Position numbers and translations under genes: made by a program. Under the pieces are notes generated by a model, which was not told the DNA's origin, made no database searches, and saw only the letters and a program-made list of their open reading frames with translations. A DNA stretch of 44,227 bases from Candidatus Shapirobacteria bacterium (GTDB lineage: Bacteria > Patescibacteriota > Microgenomatia > UBA12405 > BS750m-G30), in the NCBI GenBank assembly GCA_016783425.1, contig JADHWP010000002.1:1-44227 (forward strand), given 5' to 3'. Shown piece after piece: positions 43,378 through 44,227 of the stretch (its first letter is position 1; every line of letters begins with the position of its first letter).

Positions 43378-44227
43378 TTAAAAAAGCATTTTTCTTTTTA
43401 CTGATTTTCTTTTCTTTCTTTGTTTCTTTGGCGCAAGCCAAAGAGGTAGAGCTTTCTTTTTTTTGGTCCCAAAACTGCCCGCATTGCGCTTTTGAAAAAG
43501 TGTTTTTGAAAAAATTAAAAAGCGAATATCCGGAAATTCAAATTAAAGATCATGAAATCAGTTTAGCTGAAAATCAACAGCTTTTAGTCCGATTAGCCCA
43601 AGAGTTAAAAGTGCCGGAAAACCTGGTCGGGCTGGTTCCTTTTACCGTGGTTGAGGAAGAATATTTTATTGGTTTTCGGGATGAAGAGACAACGGGCCGG
43701 GAAATTAGAAAAGTGGTTGAGGCTTTGCTGGATAATGGAGAAACAACTGAAAAAGAAATTTTACCCCAAACTTTAAACTTGCCTTTATTGGGGAGAATAG
43801 ATGCCAAAACTCTTTCTTTGCCTTTGCTGACCGTGGTTTTGGGCTTACTGGATGGTTTTAATCCCTGCGCCATGTGGACCCTGCTGTTTTTAATTTCCCT
43901 GCTGTTAAGAGTAAAAGAAAAAAAGAGGCGCTGGATTTTGGGGGCCGCTTTTATTTTAACCTCCGGCCTGGTTTATTTTTTGATTATGGCCGCCTGGCTT
44001 AATTTATTTTTACTCCTGGGTTTTGTTTTTTGGATTAGGCTGGTGGTGGGGGTAATGGCTTTGGGAGCGGGAGCTTATAGTCTTCGGGACTGGTGGAAAA
44101 ATAAAGACGGTGGTTGCGAGGCAGTAGAGGAGGAAAAAAGAAATCGAATTTTTGGCCAGATCAGAAATATTATAGAAAGAAAAGAGCTGGCCTTTGCCCT
44201 GGGAGGAATTATTTTGCTGGCCCTGGC
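43374..44227 (+). CDS. Glutaredoxin/thioredoxin domain fused to DsbD/CcdA-like membrane domain (runs off the window)
   Basis: GTG 43374; signal peptide, CPHC, VPFT, GLLDGFNPCAMW.L; missed by the ORF track because no stop lies in the window. Confidence 0.85.
   Translation, partial: MIKKAFFFLLIFFSFFVSLAQAKEVELSFFWSQNCPHCAFEKVFLKKLKSEYPEIQIKDHEISLAENQQLLVRLAQELKVPENLVGLVPFTVVEEEYFIGFRDEETTGREIRKVVEALLDNGETTEKEILPQTLNLPLLGRIDAKTLSLPLLTVVLGLLDGFNPCAMWTLLFLISLLLRVKEKKRRWILGAAFILTSGLVYFLIMAAWLNLFLLLGFVFWIRLVVGVMALGAGAYSLRDWWKNKDGGCEAVEEEKRNRIFGQIRNIIERKELAFALGGIILLAL

Overview
AT-rich bacterial chromosomal window in standard genetic code (TGA is used as stop). Gene content and style (DUF5667, Memo-CapA fusion, archaeal-type TIM, compact ValRS, short palindromic repeats) suggest a Patescibacteria/CPR (Microgenomates-like) genome; this is an inference. 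Housekeeping genes include efp, UDG, valS, trpS, trxA/trxB, rtcB, a tpiA-rpiB-pgk / gap-rpe carbon cluster and a MacAB-type ABC exporter. There are also two AmmeMemoRadiSam radical SAM paralogues, several TA-like pairs, an alpha-2-macroglobulin and the end of an IS1595 element. The main finding is at 24619-27497. A consensus sigma70 promoter drives a T-box riboswitch with an ultrashort Stem I (UGG Trp specifier in the apical loop) and an intrinsic terminator. The first gene downstream is a tRNA-Trp(CCA) whose anticodon and A73 discriminator match the riboswitch, followed by an unknown ~464-aa protein and trpS. This reads as a tRNA that senses and controls its own synthesis. Other findings are integron-like cassette/att sites without an integrase (20686-23174), pervasive leaderless and bidirectional promoters, a membrane-anchored AmmeMemoRadiSam set, and a MITE with a target-site duplication. 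All calls were made by eye; no searches were run.
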